The translations under genes and the position numbers were made by a program. From Catajapyx aquilonaris (Eukaryota), in assembly GCA_000934665.2 (NCBI GenBank), contig JYFJ02000716.1, positions 1 to 64,000 on the forward strand: a stretch of DNA of 64,000 bases, written 5' to 3'. Of this stretch, positions 23,660 to 36,239 are shown one piece after another (the stretch's first letter is position 1; every line of letters begins with the position of its first letter). The notes under the pieces were generated by a model. That model made no database searches and had not been told where the DNA came from. It saw only the letters and a program-made list of their open reading frames with translations.

Positions 23660-26600
23660 CTACTTGCTTTTTATTCGCAACGTCATTTCGATATGAGTTT
23701 TTGGAATATCTGGATCTCCCCATCCCCAAACTGGGTGCGTACCGTCCCCTGTTCTCAATGCTCGAGATTTGATCACCTCAGGAGGAACAGTCTTCAGATC
23801 GTAAGCCAGGCCCAGAAGAGCAAAGACATCTATTATGATAGTCATCAGGTTGAATCCTCTGCCGATTCGCAACTCGGATGCCCTGTAGTCCCATGGAAAC
23901 ACGTGGTGATAGTTGTGGAATCCTTCTCCTTGTCCAAAGAAGCCCATGAACAGTGAGTCTGTCGCCCTTATGTTCCTGTTGGATTAATGTTTAGTACAAA
24001 AACAGGTTGTGGTGCATCGTAATGATCGTACCTGTCGTATGGCATATTCCCGTAGTAGTGGGCGTAGCTGTTGATCAACCACGTCCGGTTGAGTCCCACA
24101 GAGTATCGGCCAATCGCTCCACAAAAGAAGCACAATGCCCAAGATTCGTATGTGAGCCACTTGAACACAAGCGTTGGAATTACATAGAGGCTAGGGTACA
24201 CTAGCCAATAGTAGTACCTGAAAAAGGTGTCGAATTTCAGTTTGGTGATTACAAAAAGCTTGGGTGCATTCCTGTGGCAAATGAAGCACTGACACCATAC
24301 ACGAGAGAATAATATTTTGACGATGTGACTCACTTGTGCTGCCACATAATGTAGGGATCCTTTTCCATGTCACTCATGTCAATAAGCTTTCCCTTTTCGG
24401 CAACATCCGGATGTTTTTTGCACAGTAGCCATCCCATATGAGCGAAGAAGAATCCTCTTTTGATGTTGTGCGGATCTGCATTTGTCTCCGTGAACTTGTG
24501 ATGGACACGGTGATCTCTGACCCACACATATGCTGAATTCTGTAAAAATTGTAATAATAGGTACACTGTACACAAACATGTTACATTTTCTGCGTGCATT
24601 ACCTGTACTGCAAGAGTGTTGCAGATCAAGATGAATATTTTGAGCGGTAATTTAACTTTGTAGCCTCGATGAGCCCAAAGGCGGTGAGCGCCTGCTGCTA
24701 TTCCAATGTTGGTCATTAGCATGTAGCACCAAGCTAGAAAGTTTTAGATAGTGATCAGGAACACGCGATGAACGTAAAGAGCAAGTGCCATTATGGACGG
24801 CCTCAATTCTTGAATTTGCATAAAACGTATCGGGGATTTTTAAAACTCTCTAGTCTGATAATCATTTTCATATGTGTTTCACTTGAAACAGGTTTTTAAA
24901 TATAATCTCATTGACCGAAACTGCTTTAAAAATTGTCTGATTCAATCTGTTGGGAGAAACACTTTACTGAAAGTATTAGGTCTGTACTTCATAAATGTTG
25001 CCTAATTGAAGACTATTAATTTAGAAGGTAGTCATTGTTGACTTACGAAAATAATAACATTTGAAATATTTCATCTATCACATTTCCTTATCTATTCCAT
25101 CTCTTGTTATTATTTTTCAAATGCTAATATATTGTCAGGTTATCACGCAGCATATGGTCAAAATGGAATACAGTATTTTCCTATTCAAGTTGAATGAATT
25201 GTCCTGGATTGACCCTCTTCCTATGAGGACAGGTCCTCCGAGCAAAAAAAAGGTAGTAACTATCTTGAAATTCTGGTAGACCAAGGGCATGGCTTCAAAT
25301 ATTTGGGTCAGTCGTCGTCCAGGGAAAAAGGCATCAACTTTTCTTTCCTTCTTCCTATCAAGTTCTGCTGGAATTTTTCGCTCATATGTTAATAATCTAC
25401 TTGCACATCCAAGCATGAAAAGTTTGCGATATGCGTATAACATTAATATTTTTGTTCGTCAATTTTGCAATTTAATTTAGTACATAATGTTAGGCTCAAA
25501 TCCCGAAAACGGCCATTGCTAGGATTAGCTTCCACCGCAGTAGAAGTGCTGCATGATTATTTTTAAAGAGTTTTAAAATCACTTCGATCATCAAAACCGA
25601 TTTTTCATGTAATGTAATTACCAGTTGTAATAAATGTTTCTGGTATTTATACCTTGAATATAATTATGCTCTTTGTGTGTAATAATTATATCAACCGATT
25701 CCCAAAGAATCTGTTGGTTTATTTGGCAGTTGCAATTAGCTTGCATTTTGCCGTAAGTAACTTACAGTGTGATTGTTAATAAAGTGAAATATAATTCGGC
25801 ATAATTGTATGTAATATTTACCACAATATTATTACAAATGAAGCTTTTAACTGCTGGTCAGATTCTGACCAGAGGAGATTATTATTAATATAGTATACGG
25901 ACCAATACTATTGCAATTTATGGTTTGCGTGGTAAGCAGCAGAATAATTGTTGTAAATAAACATCATTAGGGCAAAACAATCTTACCTACAAAAACAAAT
26001 CTGAGTGATAACTGCAGGGTAATTAAGGTATATAAAGTGTACAATCCACATCCATGGATAAATGTGGATATGATTACGTTCTTCCACACCAGCTGGGTCT
26101 TGAAAGACTCTTTTTCTTCGGCTTCTAGCTTATCTACTTGCTGTATGACTTCTGCTTGTACCAACTCGTCCTCTTCATCGAGAACTCCGGTAAAAGTGAA
26201 CTTGGAATTATTAGGCTTCCCATCCTCATGATTTCTGTGGAATATGAATTACAAAAATATTACGAGACACTCTCCAGGCAGCAAGTATAATCGCCCTTTC
26301 CATCGCCCAATAGAATGATTGGCATTCGATCAAAGTGAGCTCAGATAATCTTCCTCTTGGTGCAGGAAGTAAATTTCGCTTTCGTGGAAATTGATGCCTT
26401 TCACTTGTACGCAAACATGCAAAAGAAAGTAAACTCAATTATTTATCCTCAGGCCTGTCTATCAGCACCGTAACAGCAACTGTTTGACCTTTCTGTAAAC
26501 TCTGGGCAGAGATGGAGAAAGAAATTATTATTATTACTATAATTATGGGGCGGTATCAAGTCCTATTTTCGTTCCAAGTTGAATGTAAGGAAAATAATGC

Positions 26601-27187
26601 TGCCTATTACAGTACTAAGATGCATGAGTCAGTAGCACGTTTATTACAGACACTTCTTATATGCATAAAAAGGAGCCAATAAGATCAATATTACAGAAAT
26701 TTGGAGTTCATGGCTGGATAATCATTATTGCCATATATTATTCTCCTGCTGTATAACGTCGAAGTTTATGTACTTGTAGAATGTCTTTTCCAACAATGCA
26801 ATTAGTATTTAGTAACTTATATTTCATTACACATTCCCTACTCTGGTTGAGATGCCATTTATGTAAGTAATTTGTACGGTTTATATCATTTCTTTTTGTT
26901 TCACCGCGGGATCTGGTTGGAGGAAGGGCCATTCTTATCATGATCACAGAAAAGTACTGCACATATATGATATTTCACAATGGGTACAACGTGCTCACAA
27001 CAAATGAAGCTGACACTTACTCGTAGAATATGAATTGCGGAGTTATGCAATATGGCGCAGAAAAAAGGGAAAGCTGCCATTTATACACAAAAGCGTGGCT
27101 TATTTCCCACGTTTATACATACGATTCGTGCCTCTCTTGGAATCCTCTGAGATCTTCCGTTAGGCAATCCTGGTATCCGGCTACCAT
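23660..27187 (-). CDS. Acyl-CoA desaturase (SCD/Delta9 first-desaturase family), copy A, ~383 aa, signature RATD
   Basis: Exons 27187-27123 (predicted; supplies the ATG in the required phase 2), 26234-25987, 24733-24603, 24539-24334, 24217-24032, 23975-23660. His boxes HRLWAH, HRVHH, HNYHH; TNADPHN, FPWDYRASE, RTGDGT. Confidence 0.9.
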
Positions 27188-29395
27188 TGTATAGCATATA
27201 TCTGAAATAATAATTAATTTATCCAGTCAGAAATATATTACAGTGAGTTTGTTATGTAAGGTTAACGTGAGCCCCATTACACAAAGATGCTGAATTGTTA
27301 AAATGCTCTTGAGTCATTGTGAAGATGTAGTCGAAAACATGTGCAATAGTAAGTCATCTTTTTCAAGCTAAATAAACCAGACAAAAAAATTCATACAATA
27401 TATTAGCCTCCATCGCTTTGGTTGAAGCTCATAACTTTGCTTGAGACGCATTTTCCTTTTCTTTATACACAGCTTCAATCCATCACTGCTTTTGTTCTAG
27501 CTACTGTTTACCGAAAGTCACTTTTTTGTAGCTTTAAGCTTGCTGTCTATTCAATGATGGCAGTGCCTGAGGCTTAGTGGGGATTTCCTTTTCACACATA
27601 CTTAAGGATTAACACAGTGTTCATAAATCAAGATCGTATAGCTTTATCTATGATTTCGTGCTGTTACATGATTTAGAACTAAAGATTTTTTTTTGCCAAA
27701 CTTCAATCTGGACGTCTAATTGGCGTGACTGCACCATTGACGCTTGCATAATATTAGTTTCACGAGGAAAGTTTTATCGCCTTTGAGTGAAGCACAGCAT
27801 ATCAGTTTTCTTGAAAACTTATGTAATAACATGGCATCAGATTCATTTAATATCTAACGCATAATAACTGCCAACCTTATACTTACTAATAAGCTTGAAC
27901 TAACAGCCTGTTAGTAATGATATACTATACTAGCTTATTGCTTAATTGTCATAAACATGTGATTTTATTTTGACGAATATTTGTAGTCATCTTGCTCCAC
28001 AACTGTACCATTGTAAGATAATGCAAATATATATATTTTATTGCATGGCATTGGATCAAGTTACATTGTAAGCAAAAATTCGCTGTAAAGTAATCCAATT
28101 ATTATTATTAAAGCAGTTGTTTCAATTGTCATATTATGTGACAAAAAAAATGCTCCAGGCGGCAAGGTCACGCCGTCGAATAATATTGCGTGTTTGTCGG
28201 CAGAAGATTGTCCAATTAATCGCATTCTGAGGGAACTGTTTCGAAAGTGATGGAGAGTGAGTCGAAGAAGTGAATTATGCCCATTGTAATTCGTGGCCTG
28301 TATAGGGTCAGGCATAATGCGCATTATGAATCATGCCACACGTACGAGAGGAGAAATTCTCTGCTCCGACTAACTGTACTAGTTGTAATGATGCGGCTGG
28401 CATTATCGTGTAAGCAAAAAATTACGCTGTTGGAGTGACGCTAACAACCACCAGGCATTACGTGTATGCCGCTGTAGGTCATGTTACTTGATTAAAGATA
28501 AGACGAGGTTGAGGTATTACATTAGGTGCTAACGAATCGACAGCCTTAACTTTTATAACGGGCCAAAAGTAAGGAATTATTTACAAGGAAATGATGCATA
28601 AACCCGATTTTTGTACGATGATGTATACGATGTACGTATGATGCAATTATTAATTATAGATAGGAAAATGTACATGAATGATTTTTGGCAGGTATTAAAA
28701 GTAATATTACTTTATTAATTTGCAAATTTCGTCTGTTTTCCAAGAGAACCTGACAATACTACCGTGAATTGGTTCTTAATAATATGAAAACCACCTAAAA
28801 CTGCTCAAGTTAATGCTGCAGGTTAATACTGGCAGTAACGGAGATTAAATGTCCCCATTAATTTATTAATTAAGCATTTCTCTAGTAGTCCATTGAGCAT
28901 GTTGGTCTTTCCGCCACATTTGCTATGTATTACATTTTAAATGAGTAATCAGATCGGCGTATGGAATGCTGCGGTAGTTCAAGATAAAATCACCATGGCT
29001 ACTCCATATTCAATTCCTGGAACCAAACTGTACAGAAATTTCTAGTCTGGAGATTGGAAACTTGTACCCAAATAATATTGCCATATTGCCAGTTTGCCAA
29101 AAAAAAGTGTCAAACCGGCTATTAGACAACGTGAAATAATTAGAGTTCTTCCCAAATTGGAAAGTATATAATTTTTTGCATAAATTAACCGCACAGAGTA
29201 GCATTGATTATTATGAGTGTATGTTTCAGTAGCCTACATATACATATTATAACAGTACACATGATTTAATATTATGGATCAAGATTTATATTGAATTTTA
29301 CGAGCATCGCATAAATTTTATCCTAAGTAAATGGATATTATTTCGCGTAAAATATTATCCGCACATTGCCCGTAAAGTGTGACTCACTTGTTGGT

Positions 29396-29684
29396 ACTTA
29401 CATTCTGAGAAACTACACTACACTCTTATCCTTTGTAACCAGTAGAGTAAATCACACACGTTTAGTCACTGACTCCTTGACAGGGCACGCTCCAGCATAC
29501 AAACAACACCTTGGCGTCCTTGTCTGATACTAACATTTGGGATGTCGGGTTTGCTCGTTTCATGGAAGATCGCCGGTTGGGAAAGAGGTAAGTAGGGGGA
29601 GAACTTTCCCGCTACTCCAGGACTGGAAATGCGAAAACACGGTCCCCCCCCCCCCTCCCCTATACCTCCCCCCCCTCACCCCAC
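29396..29684 (-). promoter_or_regulatory. Putative promoter and non-coding first exon of desaturase A with an SRE-like motif
   Basis: TCAGT Inr near 29472-29468, GTAAGT donor near 29401-29396, TCACCCCAC at 29676-29684 within a C-rich tract. Confidence 0.4.
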
Positions 29685-31152
29685 AAACACTGACCGTGCA
29701 AAATATTTTTGCAGGGGTGGAGCCGATCCGGATTCGTGTTATTACGACTCGCAAGAGGAAAATAAAATCTGACATTGAAGGGCGCATATTTGCTCATACT
29801 AATTTCCTGATCATCTAACGAGTCGTGAGATGTTATGTGGAGGTGCTTCCTTAATTTTAAAAAAAAAATCATGAAGAGTCTAATATCACAGCCTGACTTT
29901 AAGAAGGAGGAGTTGAGAGGAAACTGGCTCAACTGCCTCGTGCAGTAGGAAGTCCACTTTTGACAATTTTGTGTTTGACCTTATAACGTTGCATTTGGTG
30001 CAAAGAAGCATTGTGTATACAGTACAGTATGGGAGGCGTGACAAAGTAAGTTATGTACAGTCAATATTTAAAATGCTATTAGCATTTAATACTTACCTGC
30101 CTTTTTATCAAACATTGAAATTGGCAATGAAAGGCTATTTGTGACTTAAAAACATTGGTGGTATTGTGGAAAAAATATAGTATTTGCAATAAACGGAACA
30201 GTAATTGCTACATGCTACACAAACCTTACCTGATGACGTCCAGATAGAGCAACCTACTTTTTGCAAAACACAATGAATCTCCAACTCCCCGGAAACAGTC
30301 TCAAGTCCTTTTAGACTGCCTGTAAAGAATGCATTCCGAAATAAAGTTTAAAAAAAAAAACACTTTCTTTTTTATTATCATCTTTTGTCAAATGAGAAGC
30401 GCTGCATATACTGATGCTACAAGCTCTAATAACTTTTATGCATCATGCCAGATTGTTTTTCTGATAAGATTTCCAAGTCCACAAAATCAACTTGAGCAAT
30501 ATTAATTCTCAAAAAAATGTAGGAACCTGAATTTGAAAAACACAGGTCATCAGTGTGAGGGTTTTGTATACGCATACCTGGTATTAATTTTTTGCGCTAT
30601 TTGTAAAAATTGCAATGTGGGATTGGGTTGCTTTCAAATGTTTTTATAATAATTATAAAGCCATGTGAATTATGTCAGTAAGATATTGGCCGATATTGAC
30701 AGAATTATCTGCCATTGTTATTTATTAAATACATCAGCATTCTGACTGCTATTCATGGTAATCGGTAAAAAAAACATGGGTTAAAATATATATTGTAACA
30801 TGTACCATTTACTACAAGTACAATCACCCTACATAAACAAGATACTGTACCAGCTTTCTGATTCAGAACTGATTTAGTGTTATTACTTTCCTGAATTCTA
30901 CTTTCTTGAGTGTAACCTGCTACACTGAACTGAAGAAAGTTGTTAGGAAAAATTAGAAGGAAGTACTGTACAGTCCTTATATTCATACTGTATTCCTTGT
31001 ATGTGTGTAATAAATATATATTGATAATTTATTGGTGGACGTAAAAAAACTGTTGTACAGAACTATGATTGCATTAAGCTTTTTTGGACCAGTATTTTTT
31101 GTTGATGTGTAGGTCGGCACTTCAGGCACCATGTAACAATGATAGTCTACTC

Positions 31153-33440
31153 GGGTAATTCCATGTGAGATCACCCAAAGATTCACATCCTCTATTTTTT
31201 AATAAAACTGAAAATTTTGGAATATAAACTTACACCATAACAATGAAATATAACATATACATTCTTGAATCTTGGGGTCAATAGTTCACAAGTTACAAGC
31301 AAAATAATGAAAAATTCCAAAAACCGAATACACGTGTTTCGAAATTTATTTATTCCTGAGTAGTTATTAAATTTATCTTACCGTAATTATTTTAGTATCA
31401 AATTTTTAGGAAAGGGAACTACTTTGCAATCTATATTTTAAATTTTTAAAAAGCTATGTTTCAAGACATTTTTACGGGGGTCAAAATCCATGACCTTTGA
31501 CATTTCAAAAAATGTATTTTTGAAAATTACGTAAAAATGTACAATAACACTACAGACATATATCTAACTTGCCCAAAAATTTCAACGGACCTGTTTGCTT
31601 CGTTTTTGAGAAAAAAAATATATAATCGATAATGATGTATTACTACTGCCAGGCTACCGACTGACCTCCAGTATTGAGTGCTTCTGCTTCTGCATATCAC
31701 TTACCCATAACTGTTCAAATACTTCTAATGTCAATTAAAGCCGTGGAATACATTTTACCATACGAGTACATTACACACGTGAGTTTTAAAAAATCACAGA
31801 ACACACATTATGTGTCAGTAGTTCACGTGTTAAGTAACCAAAAAATTCCAACAGCAGGTGACTGTGAGTGGATTTTTTTGCATCATGCCATGGGAAAGGG
31901 CCATGTGACGGAATGGGAGGGACAGTCAAAAGGATGACGGCCCGAGAGAGTCTGCATCGCCCCACCCACAATCAAATTGTGACAGCACAAGACATGTACG
32001 CCTTCTGTCAGTCCACATCATGCAGCATCCACTTTATTTTTGTATGCAATGAAGACGTCCAGGCAACGAAAAAAAAAGTTGCACCCAAGAACTGAAGCAG
32101 CTACTGTCACTATTACGGGAACTCAGAAACTCCATAGATTTATACCAACAACTAGGACTCAAATGAGGGTGCATTTTCTCTGTGCCAGCAACACCTCCAG
32201 GCTGGTGCAGGTGAGCAAGAATAACACCCAAGCAGCAGCAGAAGAGGAAGAAAAGGTTACTTACAGTGTCGGATCATTCTTCGCATGCATTGCAGATGAA
32301 ATGGTGTTCTTAGGCCAGATTTCTGATGTGTCGACTGAGTTTGGGGACTACCATGTCATTGATGTCAATATGATGCAGCAAGAGAGTGGTCATAACTACT
32401 GCTGGCCTCTATAGGGGAAGACAGATGCTGGGTGTCAGTGCACAAAATCCTCTGCTCTGTGCAGTGTAAATTCGACATAGTGACGGGAATTTACAATTTG
32501 ACTGTGCAGGACATTGAAAAAATTGAATATCAACTCCAACATCGTGACAAGTAGTGACCGGAGAGGGTAAGAGACTATATATAACTTGAAATATTCCGAT
32601 GCCTTCCTGTACTTCCTTTGTTCTCAATTTTTAACTACCTTAGTGTTGCAGTTACAATAGTCTACAATACTGTAGTTGAAGCTAATGCCAGGTTTCACTT
32701 ATGTTAATGTGCTGAGGAAGAAAGAAAGGTTCATAGTTGAAAATGATGTTCACCTGCTGTTGGAATTTTTTGGTTACTTAACACGTGAACTACTGGCATA
32801 TAATGTGTGTTGTGAGATTTTTTAAAACTCACGTGTGTAATGTACTCGTATGGTAAAATGTATTGACATTAGAAGTATTTGAACAGTTATGGGTAAGTGA
32901 TATGCAGAAGCAGAAGCACTCAATACTGGAGGTCAGTCGGTAGCCTGGCAGTACATCATTATCGATTAGATTTTTTTTCTTCTCAAAAACGAAGCAAAAA
33001 GGTCCGTTGAAATTTTTGGGCAAGTTAGGTATATGTCTGTAGTGTCATTGTATACATTTTCACGTAATTTTCAAAAATACATTTTTTGAAATGTCAAAGG
33101 TCATGGATTTTGACCCCCCGTAAAAATGTCTTGAAACATAGCTTTTTAAAAATTTAAAATATAGATTGCAAAGTAGTTCCCTTTCCTAGAAATTTGATAC
33201 TAAAATAATTACGGTAAGATAAATAACTACTCAGGAATAAATAAATTTCGAAACACGTGTATTCGGTTTTTGGAATTTTTCATTTGCTTGTAACTTGTGA
33301 ACTATTGACCCCAAGATTCATGAATGTATATGTTATATTTCATTGTTATGGTGTAAGTTTATATTCCAATTTTCAGCTTTATTAAAAAATAGAGGGTGTG
33401 AATCTTAGTTTTTTTTGGGTGATCTCACATAGAATTACCC
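31153..33440 (+). mobile_element. Internally deleted Sola2-like DNA transposon with ~700-bp TIRs
   Basis: Termini GGGTAATTC...GAATTACCC; 4-bp TSD ACTC (31149-31152, 33441-33444); TIRs ~31153-31861 and ~32750-33440. Frameshifted transposase remnant (W)xFFASCHGKGPCDGMGGTVKR...ITGTQKLHRF at ~31860-32500. Confidence 0.8.
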
Positions 33441-33920
33441 ACTCATCTTCTCCGAAATATTTTCATGTGCTGCGGAAGGAGAAGAAGGATGAAGGAAAGT
33501 GCGTTTTATTCAAATTAAGACGATTGTATAACTTGGAAAGAGAAAGGGTGCTTCACCATTGCAATAATTATCATCATATCTGTAAACATTTTTCCGGCGG
33601 ATACGTCATTATCAGTTACATAATGTGAAGCATTTATTTAATCCCGCTGATAATATCCACCAGAGTTGGTAAAGTACATATTTTTCTATTGCAGCATAAG
33701 GGGGCGTTGACGCCAAGTCATTTTGGCTGGGAAAGAAGGTGCGGATGTTTTAAAAAAATGACCAAGGTCAAGGTGAACCGATGTGTGTCTATACGGTTTG
33801 TTCCGTAATAATATCAACAACAGTAAAGTCCTGATTGCATACATTTTGCAAGGACACATAAACCCTGAATCACTGGCCGTGTTTGATGTAGCAAATGGGT
33901 TCCTCCAAGATTTCACAGCT

Positions 33921-34172
33921 GATTTTAACTGAATGAAGTAGAATCCTTTAGGTGTATGTTCCTGGGCTTGGCTCAATTTTGACATTTTTGTGGGTTGACA
34001 AATTATTGCAAAACACAGTCCATGACCACCACTTGTGAGTTAACCTTTAGGTCATTTGTGGCAGAAATATGCAGATTTCGCCACCTAGATTTTAACTGAA
34101 TGTAGTAGTATTATCCTTTGGGTGTATGTTCAATTTTGACATTTTTGTGGGTTGAGCCATTATTGCATAACA
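33921..34172. repeat. Imperfect ~90-bp direct repeat (33921-34016 and 34089-34172), likely a TE relic
   Basis: Both copies share gattttaactgaatg...ggtgtatgttc...aattttgacatttttgtgggttga...attattgca. Confidence 0.6.
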
Positions 34173-36239
34173 CCATCCAATTGGGCCTCGTTAGCAACAC
34201 AGTCACTCTTTTCCCAAACAACTATCTAAAGAAGCTCATTTTGGATGCAAATTCTGAGGAGTTCACTAGGGAAAAACAAGCACTTGGTCGTGTGAATATA
34301 TCATTATTCCTGGCTGTACAGTCACTTCTTATCTACACGAGTGATTTAGACATATGTCACGTCAATTACACAGTAAAGAGCAACACGTACTGTACTGAGA
34401 GTTCTGCATGCAATTTGGCTCAAATAAATGTGACCTTCTCATAGAGTCAGACATAAACAAGAGTTCAACGACATTTCTGACACATAAGGGTCATACTGTA
34501 GTTAATATTTTTGTATTATCATGTATTTTCTCAGATGTAAATAGTTTTATAATGTTCTCTCTGGGTTCATAATATTGAGACCAACTAAATAGGAATGTAT
34601 ATTACAGATGACATGGTACCGTGTAGTTTGTCTGTCACGGCGAAGACGTGCTACGAAGCAAAAAGGCCTTGACTTCAGCGAAATATGTGCAATATATTGC
34701 GCAGATGCTTTTGGTTTCTCAGATTTTTGCAGTGTAGTTTTGTGGCAAATTCTCACACAATTAGGCATAGCTCATCATTCCGGGAGCACGAGTTGTTTAT
34801 ATGCCCTTGACTTGTTCTCAGACCTGCGAAGTAGCTATGCAATTAATTTCAAAACTTAAGAAAACTTGAAAATTTAACATCCTGACGGACGACGCCATTA
34901 TAGGAGCGTTCAGAAGATTGCTTCACACCTTACACTCTTTACAATAACTGGGAAGAAGGTAATCAAATATCTGAATGAATGGTTTAAAGGCGAGGACGAA
35001 ACTGGAGATACTTGCAGTTACAGTAATAACAGTTAAGTAATGTCATTTGGAAATTATAAAAATTGAAATTTATTAAAGGATTTCGGCAGTAAAGTGAATG
35101 GAAAATTGTTACAATATAATGATGATAATGGCAGAAAAATGTTAATTATGTCCATTGGACATGACATAGACGCTACACGATAAATCATTTGTTTCATAAT
35201 TTAATATTCGTAGAATTTTGTAAAAAATCTGCGAAATTATAATCTGGAAATTTTTGCTGATGCTCAGCTGTGAATTTACACATAGGATGAATCTTTTCCT
35301 GTGGTTGGAAACCAATTCTCGGTGAAACCTGCCCTAAATGAGCTTCCCAGCGGTGCATGACATAAGTAACTCAGTGTCACACTTTTAGGCGAGAAGATAG
35401 GATAGAATTAAAACATTTTTGACAATGAAAACGATTGCGAGCTCAGTTCTTAAACTTTAGGTATTCCGAGGTTTACATAAAGTGAAAAAAAATCAGCGGA
35501 TCTCGTCTTGTTTGGAAGTTTGGTCCCATGCAGGAGTTTGTACGCAAGTTACAATCATAATATCTGAGACTTAGAGTAAGACAAAGGCCTGAATGAGTGT
35601 AAGGCCTAGATGATACACAGTGAAGTAATTATGCATAACGTACAGTTTAGAATCTTACAGTGAAACTATCCTTAAAATCCTAGGTGGGTTTATTATTATG
35701 TACGTGTCAAAGTTAATGTGCTTGAATTTAGCTGCAGTTGCATTGCCTGCCAACCTTGATGGACTCTATATACGGTTCGTGTTGAACCCCACGAATGATG
35801 TTCATGTCTGCCTCAACACTGCTGCGCAATGCCAGTTCACACGTTATTCATATGTTTGTAATAAAATTAACATCCCGTATAAGTTGGCCATCATAAAGAG
35901 AACGAGGGAAAATTTAACAAATCTTGTAAAAATTCCAATTAAAATTGCTTAATGTTCATCTATGCATACATAATAATATTATTTTCAATTGATGACAATA
36001 ATCATATAACCCATTAATCAATGCCTCCATCGCATCGTCGTCGTCGATGATGCTAATATTGTTTGTTTATTTTCCTTTTCCACAGTCACAGTAAGTGTGG
36101 CAAGGTGAAAATCATCAGGAGGCATGATTTCGTACCAGTATGTGTTTATAATTTTTAAGATATTTGACTTCAAATTGAGCAATAAATGATAACATTGCCT
36201 TGCTATATTAGTAGACCAATGAGATATACCTGATTCTAT

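Noticed and set aside
23555..24204. Plus-strand ORFs overlapping desaturase A
   Set aside because: Antisense shadows of coding exons; the same applies to plus-strand ORFs over the SDR and RasGEF exons.
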